From: Bacteroidota bacterium
Lineage (GTDB): Bacteria; Bacteroidota; Ignavibacteria; Kapaibacteriales; UBA961
DNA: 64,000 nt
Direction: 5' to 3'
NCBI GenBank assembly: GCA_049317525.1
Contig: JBMOIC010000002.1
Coordinates: 67,912-131,911, forward strand
Under the pieces are notes generated by a model that saw only the letters and a list, made by a program, of their open reading frames with translations, had not been told where the DNA came from and ran no database searches. A program made the position numbers and the translations under genes. Positions 50,400 through 60,938 of the stretch are shown one piece after another. How positions within the stretch are numbered: position 1 is the first letter of the stretch; the number at the start of each line of letters is the position of its first letter.

Positions 50400-50873
50400 A
50401 TGAACTCTATCAAAACTATCGAAGGTAATTATACTCATGCATCCGGTAATTATGTTATTGTTGCAGCAAGGTGGAATTCTTTTATAGTACATCACTTAAT
50501 TGAAGGTGCAATCGATACATTAAAACGTCATGGTATTGATGAGTCTTCAATTCATCTTGTTTATTGCCCAGGTTGCTATGAAATCCCTCTTATCACAAAA
50601 AAATTAGCTTCATCTGGGAAATATGATTCAATCATCACATTAGGCGCTGTTATCAGAGGCTCTACACCTCATTTTGATTTAGTTGCTTCTGAAGTCTCAA
50701 AAGGTGTTGCACAAGCTTCATCAGATACAGGTATACCATGTTTATTTGGTGTATTAACTACCGATACCATAGAACAAGCAATAGAAAGAGCTGGTACAAA
50801 GGCAGGAAACAAAGGCTCTGAAGTTGCCCTAGCTGCAATTGAAATGGTTTCTTTAATGAGTAAATTATCATAG
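50400..50873 (+). CDS. ribH: 6,7-dimethyl-8-ribityllumazine synthase
   Basis: 157 aa with VIVAARWN…HHL…[18 protein letters not shown], the characteristic lumazine synthase core. Confidence 0.9.
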   Translation: MNSIKTIEGNYTHASGNYVIVAARWNSFIVHHLIEGAIDTLKRHGIDESSIHLVYCPGCYEIPLITKKLASSGKYDSIITLGAVIRGSTPHFDLVASEVSKGVAQASSDTGIPCLFGVLTTDTIEQAIERAGTKAGNKGSEVALAAIEMVSLMSKLS

Positions 50874-50902
50874 TCATCTTTAGATACATACTTTTTTGCA
50901 TA

Positions 50903-50932
50903 AAAGCAGATTGTTAAAGATCTGCTTTTTTT
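50903..50932 (+). terminator. Rho-independent terminator after ribH
   Basis: 9-bp stem aaagcagat / atctgcttt with an 8-nt loop, followed by tttttttt. Confidence 0.65.
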
Positions 50933-50968
50933 ATACAATATATATACGAATTCATATTTTCTATTTTT

Positions 50969-52939
50969 ATGATGAATAATCAAAATATTACTTCTTTGCT
51001 TCAAGAAGAAAGACTTTTTGAACCCTCAGAACAATTCAAACAGAATGCTAATTTTTCATCTAAACAAGAATATGATGATTTAAGAAAATATGCTCATGAA
51101 CATCCACTCGATTTTTGGGAACAACAAGCACAAAATCTCCATTGGTTTGAATCATGGAAGACAATTCTTGAATGGGATTATCCCAATGCATCATGGTTTA
51201 AAGAAGGGAAAATCAATGCATCTTACAATTGTTTAGATAGACATATTAACTCTTCACATAAAGATAAAATCGCTATTTATTGGGAGGGAGAACCTGGTGA
51301 TACAAAATCGTTAACCTATTCAGAATTACATAAACAAGTATGTAAAATGGCAAATGGTTTATTATCACTTGGGATAAAGAAAGGTGATATTATTGCAATT
51401 TATATGGGTATGATTCCAGAGGCAATAATCGCAATGCTAGCATGTGCACGAATAGGTGCTACACATAATGTGATTTTTGGAGGATTTTCAGCAGATTCAT
51501 TAAGAGATAGAATACAAGATTCTCAAGCAAAATGCTTAATTACCCAAGATATTGTTTTTAGAAAAGGTATAAAGTTATCTTTAAAACAAACTGCTCAAGA
51601 GGCTGTTCTTCAATGCAATAGTATACAATCTGTCATCATATTTCAAAGGACAGAACATCAATGTTCTGTGGATTCTGAAAAAGAAATTTTGTGGCATGAC
51701 TTGATTGAACATCAATCAGATATTCATATACCACAAGGATTTGACAGCGAACATCCCCTATTTATTCTGTATACTTCTGGTTCTACTGGAAAACCAAAGG
51801 GATTACTTCATACTACAGGTGGCTATCTTACTCAAGCACATTATACTTTTTCTCACGTGTTCGATATAAAGAATGAAGATATCTTTTTCTGTACAGCAGA
51901 TATAGGCTGGATAACTGGTCATAGTTATGTAGCATATGGTCCATTATCTGCTGGAGCAACAATTTTGATATATGAAGGTGTTTTAGTTTATCCAGATGCT
52001 CATAGAATTTGGAATATCATTGAAAAGTATAAAGCTACTATACTCTATACCGCTCCAACAGCTATTAGAACTTTTTTGAAATTAGGAGATCAATTTCCAT
52101 TAGCACATAATTTATCATCATTAAGACTTCTTGGAACTGTTGGGGAACCGATAAATCCCGAGGCATGGATATGGTATAAATCTATCATCGGCAAAAACGT
52201 ATGTCCTATTGTAGATACTTGGTGGCAAACTGAAACTGGTGGAATTATGATTGCTCCTATACCAGGCATTATAGCAACTAAACCCGGCAGTGCTACTTTG
52301 CCATTACCTGGAATTATAGCAAATGTAGTTCATAAAGATGGTTCACAATGTGAAATCAATGAAGGTGGCTATTTGGTGATAATGTCTCCATGGCCTGGAA
52401 TGGCAAGAACCATTTTTGGTGATAATGAACGCTATAAACAGGTATACTGGAGCGAATATCCACCAAATACTGAACATAAAGGATATTATTTCACAGGAGA
52501 TGGTGCAAGAATTGACAAAGATGGATATTTCTGGATTATGGGCCGAGTGGATGATGTAGTTAATGTAAGTGGACACCGTTTGGGAACTGCCGAAGTAGAA
52601 AGTGCACTAGTTTCTCATCCAGCTATTGCAGAAGCAGCAGTTATTGCTAAACCAGATGAGATTAAAGGAAATGTTTTAATTGCTTTTGTTACAATTAAAC
52701 AAGAAGTGAATTATGATATAAGCACACTAAAACAAGAATTAAAAGATCATGTTTCTGCTCAAATTGGATCGATCGCAAGGCCCGAAGATATACGTTTCGT
52801 AGAATCTCTACCCAAAACGAGAAGTGGTAAAATTATGAGACGCCTTTTAAGAGAATTATCCTCTACGGGAGTGGTAAATGGAGATACAACTACACTTGAA
52901 GATTTCAATGTATTAGACCAACTTAGAGAAGAAGAATAG
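50969..52939 (+). CDS. acs: acetyl-CoA synthetase (AMP-forming)
   Basis: 656 aa with the AMP-binding motif YTSGSTGKPKG and the typical Acs N- and C-terminal regions (…WYKSIIG…, …PKTRSGKIMRR). Confidence 0.92.
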   Translation: MMNNQNITSLLQEERLFEPSEQFKQNANFSSKQEYDDLRKYAHEHPLDFWEQQAQNLHWFESWKTILEWDYPNASWFKEGKINASYNCLDRHINSSHKDKIAIYWEGEPGDTKSLTYSELHKQVCKMANGLLSLGIKKGDIIAIYMGMIPEAIIAMLACARIGATHNVIFGGFSADSLRDRIQDSQAKCLITQDIVFRKGIKLSLKQTAQEAVLQCNSIQSVIIFQRTEHQCSVDSEKEILWHDLIEHQSDIHIPQGFDSEHPLFILYTSGSTGKPKGLLHTTGGYLTQAHYTFSHVFDIKNEDIFFCTADIGWITGHSYVAYGPLSAGATILIYEGVLVYPDAHRIWNIIEKYKATILYTAPTAIRTFLKLGDQFPLAHNLSSLRLLGTVGEPINPEAWIWYKSIIGKNVCPIVDTWWQTETGGIMIAPIPGIIATKPGSATLPLPGIIANVVHKDGSQCEINEGGYLVIMSPWPGMARTIFGDNERYKQVYWSEYPPNTEHKGYYFTGDGARIDKDGYFWIMGRVDDVVNVSGHRLGTAEVESALVSHPAIAEAAVIAKPDEIKGNVLIAFVTIKQEVNYDISTLKQELKDHVSAQIGSIARPEDIRFVESLPKTRSGKIMRRLLRELSSTGVVNGDTTTLEDFNVLDQLREEE

Positions 52940-52958
52940 TATCATGCGTCTTTGTATG

Positions 52959-53552
52959 CTATAAAGATAATTTGTCTATTGAGTCAAAAACAAATGTATG
53001 AATTGGCTTTCTTGTTCTTGGAGTAATTTCTCGACTTTGAAAAGGTTCAGGCAATACCTCATGACTATCCGGATAACCTAAAGCAATGATACTAACAATA
53101 GAACAATGATTGGGAATATTTAAAAGAGATTCAGCTATATCCCTTTTGAATCCTCCCATTTGATGACCTAATATTCCTAATTCGGCTGCTTGCAATAGTA
53201 AATATGTTGAAGCTGCTCCTACATCATGCCATGCATGAAGATTCATAGATCCATCTGAAAAATGTGTATTAGCAATTACTGCTATTAATACTTGTGCATC
53301 CTTTGCCCAAACCTGATTCCCGCCTGCTAAAGTACTATACATTAATGAAAATAATTCTGAATCTTTACTACCAAAAACAAAACGCCAAGGCTGCTCATTC
53401 ATACTGCTTGCCGCCCAAGAAGCTGCTTCAAAAAGATGATTAAGCGTTTCTATCTGGATTGTTTTCTTAGCAAATGATCGCGCGCTCCATCTTTGTAGTA
53501 ATAATGGATGAATTTCATATTGAGTTGGTACTATTTTAGGATGTTTTTTCAT
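52959..53552 (-). CDS. nitroreductase-family flavoprotein
   Basis: The 197-aa fold pattern RWSARSF…SSMNEQPW is typical of NAD(P)H nitroreductases. Confidence 0.78.
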   Translation of the reverse strand: MKKHPKIVPTQYEIHPLLLQRWSARSFAKKTIQIETLNHLFEAASWAASSMNEQPWRFVFGSKDSELFSLMYSTLAGGNQVWAKDAQVLIAVIANTHFSDGSMNLHAWHDVGAASTYLLLQAAELGILGHQMGGFKRDIAESLLNIPNHCSIVSIIALGYPDSHEVLPEPFQSREITPRTRKPIHTFVFDSIDKLSL

Positions 53553-53582
53553 TGAAATCTCTCATTTGTAAAATGTTTTAAC

Positions 53583-53596
53583 ATTGTTAACAATGC
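53583..53596. promoter_or_regulatory. perfect 14-bp palindrome cattgttaacaatg in the divergent nitroreductase/ftsK intergenic region
   Basis: Read directly from the sequence. It is centred on gttaac, ~30 nt upstream of the nitroreductase start codon. Confidence 0.2.
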
Positions 53597-53766
53597 AATA
53601 AGTTCATAAAGTTTATTTTCGATACAAATACTTAATACCATGCAGTAAGGCATAATTATTGATAGTTTTACCTGTAATATACAAGCATAGTAAATTATTA
53701 TTTTTATAATAATTATTAAGATACAGTTCACTTCTTTGTAGCATAGAAGTAATTCATGGAGAAACT

Positions 53767-56466
53767 ATGGCATTACCACCAGAAAATATAATAATCAAGC
53801 GATCAAAAGTTATATCCAGCACTTCAGATTCTAATGTTGAAGATAATGATGTGCAAGATATAAAGCAAAAGACTTCACATAAAAAGACAAAAATCAAAGA
53901 AGATATTTTACCACAATTATCTAATAGACAGATACAAATAATAGGAGTATTTCTCGCTTTATTTTCTTTATTGATTCTAATTGCTTTATTAAGTTATACT
54001 TCAAAGGATGAAGCTAATGCAGATATTCATCTACAAGATATCTTTAGTATCATAAAGGGAGATCAAGATATTCAAGCAAAAGCAGATACAACATATAATT
54101 TGCTAGGATTATTCGGGGCAGTATTAGCAGATATGTTATTTAACAAGTCATTTGGATTTATTTCTATTGTATTCCCTTTTATTGGATTTATTTGGTCAAA
54201 AGAACTATTATTCAATGATAAAATCTCTTTAAAATCCATTAGGTCTACAAGTTATATTCTACTCTTTAGTCTAATTATATCTGCATTTTTTGGAACATTA
54301 TCATTATTATTTCCACAAATTAGAATAGAATGGTATGGCACAATTGGACTTTTTCAAGCAAATATATATAGTTCTTTGATTGGCAAATTTGGATCTTTAT
54401 TATTATGCATCGTAGCTGGTTTTATAACAGTTACTTTAGGATTAAATATCACCTTACATACTGCTATTTCTACTCTATCACAATATATATCTTCTTTATT
54501 TATATGGTTAAGAACATTTTTTGAAAAAACACAGTCACAATCTTTATCTAGTAAAGAGATTAAGAACAAGACAATTTCATTTAATGATACATATCCTCAA
54601 CAAGAAATTGACAACAATGAAGAACCTGTGAAAATTGTCAAAAGGATGTCAACAAGCTCTCAATATTCAGATGATATTCAACGCCATATGCCTGTAATTA
54701 TTAGAGGTAATGAATTTAATGATAGCGATGATCCAGGAATTATATTAGCAGAACGCCCTAAAAAGAAAACTAGCAATTTAACATTCGAAGAAGCGCTTGC
54801 TGAACGTTCTGTATTCAAACCACCTATTGAACAAACAGAAGAAAAAAAACCAGCAGATAGTATTCAATTAGATTTTACCAAAGAAGCATCACAACCATCA
54901 TTAGTTCTTAATGTTCAAGAAGTTGTATTGCAATCGTATGATTTACCTCCTAAGGATTTACATCATTATCGTATGATGATACAGGATGAAAAAATAAAAT
55001 ATAGTCCACCTAATCTTGAATTATTACAAAAACAACATGAACATGTAATAAAGGTTGATGATGCAGAGTTAAAAGAAAATGCACGTTTATTACAAGAGAA
55101 ATTACTAACATTTAAAATTACGATTCAAGATTTAACTGTAACGCCAGGCCCAGTGGTTACACAATATGAATTTGTACCTGCAGCAGGTATAAAGATATCC
55201 CAAATCGAAAATCTATCAGATGATATAGCATTAGCTCTTAAAGCACGTGGAATTAGAATAATTGCACCAGTGCCAGGCAGAGGTACAGTTGCTATCGAGA
55301 TTCCAAATCATAAACCATCACTTGTTTTATTTAGTAGCATTATTAAATCATCTAAATTTCATGATTCAGAACATCGTTTATCGCTAGCCCTTGGCAAAAC
55401 AATTTCAGGCGAAGTATACTGTGCAGATTTATCCAGAATGCCTCATTTATTAATTGCTGGTTCAACTGGAGCAGGAAAAAGCGTTGGAATAAATACAGTT
55501 ATATGTTCTTTATTATATAAGATGCATCCTAAAGATTTAAAATTTGTGATTATCGATCCTAAAAAAGTAGAAATGACTTATTATGGATTATTAAAAAATC
55601 ATTTTCTTGCATTATCTCCAGATACAGATGAACATATCATAACAACCCCACAAAATGCAGTAGCCGTGCTTAAGTCATTATGTGTTGAGATGATGAATCG
55701 TTATGAAATATTGGCAAAGGTTGGGCAAAGAAATATTGTTGATTATAATCAAAAAGTAAAAGAAGGTAAATATAAAGATAGTGGAACAGAACATTCTCCT
55801 ATGCCTTATATTGTATGTGTTATCGATGAATTAGCAGATTTAATGCTAACAGCTGGAAGAGAAGTAGAAGAGCCAATTATTAGATTAGCACAATTAGCCA
55901 GAGCTGTCGGTATCCATATGATTGTAGCAACTCAAAGACCTTCTGTAGATGTTATAACCGGCCTTATAAAAGCTAATTTCCCTGCTAGGATATCGTATCA
56001 AGTAGCATCCAAAATAGATTCTAGAACTATTATCGATGGCGGAGGAGCTGATCAACTATTAGGTAATGGTGATATGTTGTTTTTACCAGGTGGCTCTCCA
56101 AAACCAATTCGAATTCAAAATTCATTTTTATCTACCGATGAAGTTGAAAATATATGTATGCATATAGGAAATCAACAAGGCTATTCTAAACCGTATATGT
56201 TACCAACTTCTATCGAAAAAACAAATGGTGGTAGTAGTTTGATTGATGATTCCAGAGATGAATTGTTTGAAGAAGCAGCCAAAACAATTATTAGACATCA
56301 ACAAGGTTCTGTATCATTATTACAAAGACGATTAAAAGTTGGATATGCCAGAGCAGCCAGAATAATGGATGAATTAGAAGCAGCTGGCATTGTTGGCTCT
56401 TTTGATGGTTCTAAAGGAAGAGAAGTATTATTAAATAATGAAACAGATTTAGAAGCATTATTATAA
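53767..56466 (+). CDS. ftsK: DNA translocase FtsK
   Basis: N-terminal multi-TM domain, a linker, an FtsK α/β motor with Walker A GSTGAGKSVGIN and Walker B VIDELADLM, and a C-terminal γ wHTH domain (…LLQRRLKVGYARAARIMDELE…). Confidence 0.9.
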   Translation: MALPPENIIIKRSKVISSTSDSNVEDNDVQDIKQKTSHKKTKIKEDILPQLSNRQIQIIGVFLALFSLLILIALLSYTSKDEANADIHLQDIFSIIKGDQDIQAKADTTYNLLGLFGAVLADMLFNKSFGFISIVFPFIGFIWSKELLFNDKISLKSIRSTSYILLFSLIISAFFGTLSLLFPQIRIEWYGTIGLFQANIYSSLIGKFGSLLLCIVAGFITVTLGLNITLHTAISTLSQYISSLFIWLRTFFEKTQSQSLSSKEIKNKTISFNDTYPQQEIDNNEEPVKIVKRMSTSSQYSDDIQRHMPVIIRGNEFNDSDDPGIILAERPKKKTSNLTFEEALAERSVFKPPIEQTEEKKPADSIQLDFTKEASQPSLVLNVQEVVLQSYDLPPKDLHHYRMMIQDEKIKYSPPNLELLQKQHEHVIKVDDAELKENARLLQEKLLTFKITIQDLTVTPGPVVTQYEFVPAAGIKISQIENLSDDIALALKARGIRIIAPVPGRGTVAIEIPNHKPSLVLFSSIIKSSKFHDSEHRLSLALGKTISGEVYCADLSRMPHLLIAGSTGAGKSVGINTVICSLLYKMHPKDLKFVIIDPKKVEMTYYGLLKNHFLALSPDTDEHIITTPQNAVAVLKSLCVEMMNRYEILAKVGQRNIVDYNQKVKEGKYKDSGTEHSPMPYIVCVIDELADLMLTAGREVEEPIIRLAQLARAVGIHMIVATQRPSVDVITGLIKANFPARISYQVASKIDSRTIIDGGGADQLLGNGDMLFLPGGSPKPIRIQNSFLSTDEVENICMHIGNQQGYSKPYMLPTSIEKTNGGSSLIDDSRDELFEEAAKTIIRHQQGSVSLLQRRLKVGYARAARIMDELEAAGIVGSFDGSKGREVLLNNETDLEALL

Positions 56467-56477
56467 GTGGATTAAAC

Positions 56478-57260
56478 GTGAAAAATAGATTTAAATTAAT
56501 TGCAGGACCTTGCCTAGCTGAATCAAAAGAATTATTGCAAGAAATTGCTGAAACTCTTAATCCTATTGCAATAGAACTTGATTTTGATTTTATTTTTAAA
56601 GCATCATATAGAAAAGCTAATCGTACAAGTGGTAATAGTTTTACTGGTATTGGAGATGTACAAGCTTTACAATATATATCAGAAATCGCACATTCCATTA
56701 ATAGACAATCCATTACAGATATTCATGAAACAACAGAAGCTGAAGTAGCAGCTAGATATGTTGATATTTTACAGATCCCTGCTTTTTTATGCAGGCAAAC
56801 CGCATTATTAGAATCAGCTGGCAAAACAGGTAAAATTGTAAATATAAAAAAAGGACAATTTCTAGCTCCTGACGATATGAAAAAACAAGCAGATAAAGTG
56901 TTTCATATTGGTGGTAAAGAAGTATGGCTAACAGAAAGAGGTACTACTTTTGGTTATCATGATTTAGTAGTTGATTTTAGATCTTTAATAATCATGAAAG
57001 AAACTGGATTACCTGTTATTTATGATGCTACCCATTCATTACAACAACCTGGCGGAGGTGAGCAATCAGGTGGCCTTAGACAATATATTGCACCTTTAGC
57101 AAAAGCTGCTGTTGCCTGCGGCATCGATGGTATTTTTATCGAAACTCATCCATATCCACATTTAGCAAAATCAGATGCAGCAACTCAATTCCCACTTGAT
57201 AAAATGCGTGATTTTCTTCATGAATTAGCCGATATTCACTCACTTGTTTCAAAATCATGA
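56478..57260 (+). CDS. kdsA: 3-deoxy-8-phosphooctulonate synthase
   Basis: 260 aa of the DAHP/KDO8P synthase family with FKASYRKANRTSGNSFTGIG and a C-terminal …ETHPYP… region matching KdsA. Confidence 0.88.
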   Translation: MKNRFKLIAGPCLAESKELLQEIAETLNPIAIELDFDFIFKASYRKANRTSGNSFTGIGDVQALQYISEIAHSINRQSITDIHETTEAEVAARYVDILQIPAFLCRQTALLESAGKTGKIVNIKKGQFLAPDDMKKQADKVFHIGGKEVWLTERGTTFGYHDLVVDFRSLIIMKETGLPVIYDATHSLQQPGGGEQSGGLRQYIAPLAKAAVACGIDGIFIETHPYPHLAKSDAATQFPLDKMRDFLHELADIHSLVSKS

Positions 57261-57793
57261 ACTATCTGTTAATGATATTATTGTGTTGTTGTCTTTTGTC
57301 TTGTCAAGAAGAAAACAAACAAACAATCCAGATAAAAGATACAGTAATAACTAAAGATATTCCTACACATGAAATATGGAATTTCTCTATGGTATTTACT
57401 GATTCTAATAAAACTAGAGCTATTCTTAAAGCAGGTAAAGCAAGAGTATTCGAGCAAAGATATGAAACATTATTAGACTCTTCGGTTCATGTAGACTTTA
57501 TGAATAAATCATCTAATGCAGTTGGCTTTATGATTTCAGATTCAGCTAGAATTGATGAAAATACAAGAGACATGTTTGCTGCTGGACATGTTCTTGTTCG
57601 CTCAGATAGTACAAATACAACACTTAAAACATCTACTTTAATGTGGAAAGAAAAGCAGCAACTATTTTATACTAAAGATAAAGTTCATATTACTACATCA
57701 ACTGAGATAATCGATGGTTATGGAATGGAAAGCGATATATGGCTTAAAAACTATAAAATCTTCAAAGTTAGTGGTACTAAGCAAATAGAATGA
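57257..57793 (+). CDS. lipoprotein with an OstA/LptC-like fold (putative LPS-export periplasmic component)
   Basis: Lipobox LLSCQEE and 178 aa, translationally coupled to kdsA (4-nt overlap). The assignment is tentative and rests only on size, context and β-jellyroll-like sequence. Confidence 0.35.
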   Translation: MNYLLMILLCCCLLSCQEENKQTIQIKDTVITKDIPTHEIWNFSMVFTDSNKTRAILKAGKARVFEQRYETLLDSSVHVDFMNKSSNAVGFMISDSARIDENTRDMFAAGHVLVRSDSTNTTLKTSTLMWKEKQQLFYTKDKVHITTSTEIIDGYGMESDIWLKNYKIFKVSGTKQIE

Positions 57794-59427
57794 ATAATAT
57801 GATTATATCTGGCCAATACATTGATATTTCTAAAAGAGAAATATATCCTGCTGATATTATAATCGAAAATGGAATCATTGTTTCTATTACACCCTGTATT
57901 GAAGCACCGGTTCACTATATAATGCCTGGTTTTGTAGATGCCCATATCCATATTGAAAGTTCTATGCTTATCCCTACAGAATTTTCAAAACTTGCATTAG
58001 TACATGGTACAATAGGCACTGTTTCAGACCCACATGAAATTGCCAATGTTTTGGGAATAAAAGGCATTGATTTCATGATAGAAAATGCTAAACTCTCCCC
58101 TCTTAAATGTTTGTTCGGAGCCCCCAGTTGTGTACCAGCTACATCATTTGAACATTCGGGTGCACTTATTTCAGCTGATGATATTCACCAACTTTTATCA
58201 AGAGATGATATTGGTTATTTAAGTGAAATGATGAATTTTCCTGGTGTGCTTAATAATGATGAAGAAATATTAAAAAAGATTGCTTCAGCACAGTTTTATC
58301 ATAAGCCAATAGATGGGCATGCTCCTGGATTATTAGGTAATGATGCTAAAGCATATATATCTCATGGTATTAGTACCGATCATGAATGTATTTCCCTACA
58401 AGAAGCATTAGATAAAATCTCATATGGTATGAAGATATTAATCAGAGAAGGATCTGCTGCGAAAAATTTTGATGCATTACATCCATTGATTTCATTATTT
58501 CCAGATATGTGCATGTTTTGTAGTGATGATAAACATCCTGATAGTTTATTAGAAGGTCATATTAATATGTTAGTTAAAAAAGCTATACACTTAGGATATG
58601 ATCTTTTTGATGTGCTATCAATTGCATGTATTCATCCTGTTACACATTATTCGATGCCTATTGGTTTATTGAATATAGGTGATCCTGCCGATTTTATCAT
58701 TGTAGATTCACTTATTGATTTTACAGTACAATCGGTGTTTATCAATGGTGAGCAAGTAGTTCAATATGGAAGATTACAGTGTTCTATACCTTCTCATTCA
58801 TATAATGATTTGTCAATATGTAATGCCAATTTACTTACAGAAAAAGACATCATTCTTTATGGAAATACTTCACTTGTACATGTAATAGAGGCTATAGCTG
58901 GGCAAATCGTAACTGGCAGATCTCTTTATACAATGGAATCTATAAATGGTATATTATACTCTTCTACTACAGATGATATCTTAAAAATTGTCGTCATAAA
59001 TAGATATCAGAATTCAAAACCTGCAATTGGTTTTATCAAAGGTTTTGGGTTGAAGTCTGGGGCAATTGCATCAACGATAGCGCATGATTCTCATAATATT
59101 ATAGCAATTGGAGTGGATGATATTTCTATAATAGAAGCTGTAAATGCACTTATAGAAGTAAAAGGGGGAATTTCTTTATATCACAATACTTTATCAGTAT
59201 TACCATTAGATATAGCAGGTTTAATGAGTAGTCAAGATGCACATACTATTGCGAACAGATATATAGAAATAGATTCTTTAGTTAAACAAACTGGCTGTAT
59301 GATGCCTGCTCCATATATGGCTTTATCATTTATGGCATTACTTGTTATTCCAACCCTTAAATTGAGTGATATAGGATTATTTGATGGTGAGATTTTCCAG
59401 TGTATAGACCTCATTCAATCAGCGTAA
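57790..59427 (+). CDS. ade: adenine deaminase
   Basis: Amidohydrolase metal motif MPGFVDAHIHIESSML, then …VSDPHEIANVLG… and …SCVPAT…. Length 545 aa, closely matching the Ade family. Confidence 0.8.
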   Translation: MNNMIISGQYIDISKREIYPADIIIENGIIVSITPCIEAPVHYIMPGFVDAHIHIESSMLIPTEFSKLALVHGTIGTVSDPHEIANVLGIKGIDFMIENAKLSPLKCLFGAPSCVPATSFEHSGALISADDIHQLLSRDDIGYLSEMMNFPGVLNNDEEILKKIASAQFYHKPIDGHAPGLLGNDAKAYISHGISTDHECISLQEALDKISYGMKILIREGSAAKNFDALHPLISLFPDMCMFCSDDKHPDSLLEGHINMLVKKAIHLGYDLFDVLSIACIHPVTHYSMPIGLLNIGDPADFIIVDSLIDFTVQSVFINGEQVVQYGRLQCSIPSHSYNDLSICNANLLTEKDIILYGNTSLVHVIEAIAGQIVTGRSLYTMESINGILYSSTTDDILKIVVINRYQNSKPAIGFIKGFGLKSGAIASTIAHDSHNIIAIGVDDISIIEAVNALIEVKGGISLYHNTLSVLPLDIAGLMSSQDAHTIANRYIEIDSLVKQTGCMMPAPYMALSFMALLVIPTLKLSDIGLFDGEIFQCIDLIQSA

Positions 59428-60930
59428 ATCCCAGATATATGTTCTACACTGATCATTATTTTTATATATAATCGTATCTGGTTTCCCTAAATACCCTGTC
59501 ATTTTTTTTGAATATGTTCCAGCCTGTTTAGGATGAGGTTGATAAACAATATATCTCCCACTCTTATCTGTTAATAATTTCTCATATACAGATACAATTA
59601 GCGCTTCACTTCTAAATTCCTTTAATGTTGCTTGCAATTCAGCTTGAGCTTGTATCGAATCAATTAGTTTTCTATTTGAAACCAATCCTTCTAAGTTAAT
59701 TATCGTACCATTATGAATGTATCCAGTTAAACCTGATCGATCTCCCATCGCTGCAATTTTTATATTCTTATGCAGAAGCCATGTATGAATCGAATGTGCA
59801 TGAGTATAATTACTAGTTTCATATGTAAGAGCATTGTGAACTCTATACATATATTTAATACTCCACAAGCCTATAATTATCATTAATGAATACAAGATAG
59901 ATTGCTTCAGATATAATGTTTGAATATCATTACTAAACAACAGTATAATACTTGGTACAACTAATATTAGTGGATAAAAATACCAATCAAATAAAGCCCA
60001 ATCACTTCTTGTACTTACTACTATAAAGTATAAAATGATAGAAAACAGCATTGATTGAACAATTATATCATGTTTTTTACATAAAGATATGATAAAAATA
60101 ACGATAGAAATGACATACAATGCTAGTTCAAAAGGATGATAAAAGAAATCCTGCCAAAAATGGAAACTTAGTATAAAAGGATAGATTGTTAATCCCTTTG
60201 CTAAGCCACTAATAGGAATGATACTTTGAAATGACAGTGAATTGATATAAAGATAAGAAGCTATTACGATACATGCAGGAAGAAAATGTATGAAAAAGAG
60301 ATATTTATTTTTTCTTTCTAATGCAGAAAAATAAAAGAACAAAGGCAAAGTAAGAAGAATTACAGTATCAATTCTTGATAAAAAGATAAACAAACAAAGA
60401 CTTGATAATATAGTATAACTTGCTTGTAATTGTGGCTTTACAATATTATAAAAGAACATATACAATAAGGGAATTGTTATAACAATTTCCATATGTAATA
60501 AAATCAGCTTATAAGAAATGAACCATGATATAAATAGTAGTATATCTTTTTTAATTCCAGATAATGAACACAAAGAATATAATTTATTACAAGATCGATA
60601 AATCTGAATACTTGAGCTTATAATTAATACTTGTAATAAAACATAGAATAGAATGGATTTTGTACTTCCTGAAATAAAAGCTAATACTACAATTATTGCA
60701 AGATATAATGGATGATAACCATTTGTTAAAGTAATGCTGTCAAAGCTAGACATTCCCTTTTGGAGAATAGTATCAGCTATAGTTGTATAGTAGAAATAAT
60801 CATCTGGAACAAAGGCAGAAATAGCATACTGGTTATAATAAAAAGTATAGACAGAGAATAATGAAATGAAAGCCGTTATAGTATAAATAGAATATGCAAC
60901 TATCTTTTCAGGAATATGATCACTTTGCAT
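59419..60930 (-). CDS. polytopic membrane protein, GT-C-fold glycosyltransferase-like (ArnT/PMT-type, putative)
   Basis: ≥11 TM helices. The first extracytoplasmic loop has an acidic motif (VPDDYFYY) characteristic of GT-C transferases. Function is not established. Confidence 0.45.
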   Translation of the reverse strand: MQSDHIPEKIVAYSIYTITAFISLFSVYTFYYNQYAISAFVPDDYFYYTTIADTILQKGMSSFDSITLTNGYHPLYLAIIVVLAFISGSTKSILFYVLLQVLIISSSIQIYRSCNKLYSLCSLSGIKKDILLFISWFISYKLILLHMEIVITIPLLYMFFYNIVKPQLQASYTILSSLCLFIFLSRIDTVILLTLPLFFYFSALERKNKYLFFIHFLPACIVIASYLYINSLSFQSIIPISGLAKGLTIYPFILSFHFWQDFFYHPFELALYVISIVIFIISLCKKHDIIVQSMLFSIILYFIVVSTRSDWALFDWYFYPLILVVPSIILLFSNDIQTLYLKQSILYSLMIIIGLWSIKYMYRVHNALTYETSNYTHAHSIHTWLLHKNIKIAAMGDRSGLTGYIHNGTIINLEGLVSNRKLIDSIQAQAELQATLKEFRSEALIVSVYEKLLTDKSGRYIVYQPHPKQAGTYSKKMTGYLGKPDTIIYKNNDQCRTYIWDLR

Positions 60931-60938
60931 AAAGGATA

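Noticed and set aside
50669-51004. 111-aa minus-strand ORF spanning the ribH 3' end, the terminator and the acs start
   Set aside because: It crosses an intrinsic terminator and is antisense to ribH and acs.
52343-52576. 77-aa minus-strand ORF in acs
   Set aside because: Antisense.
53549-53731. 60-aa minus-strand ORF upstream of the nitroreductase gene
   Set aside because: It is a very low-complexity I/K-rich peptide in an AT-rich promoter region, with no RBS and no conservation signal visible.
54354-57951. Minus-strand ORFs 54354..54569, 56411..56713 and 57751..57951 within the ftsK/kdsA/lptC-like region
   Set aside because: Antisense to the well-supported plus-strand genes.
59232-59414. 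60-aa minus-strand ORF at the 3' end of ade
   Set aside because: Antisense to ade. The GT-C gene starts beyond it.
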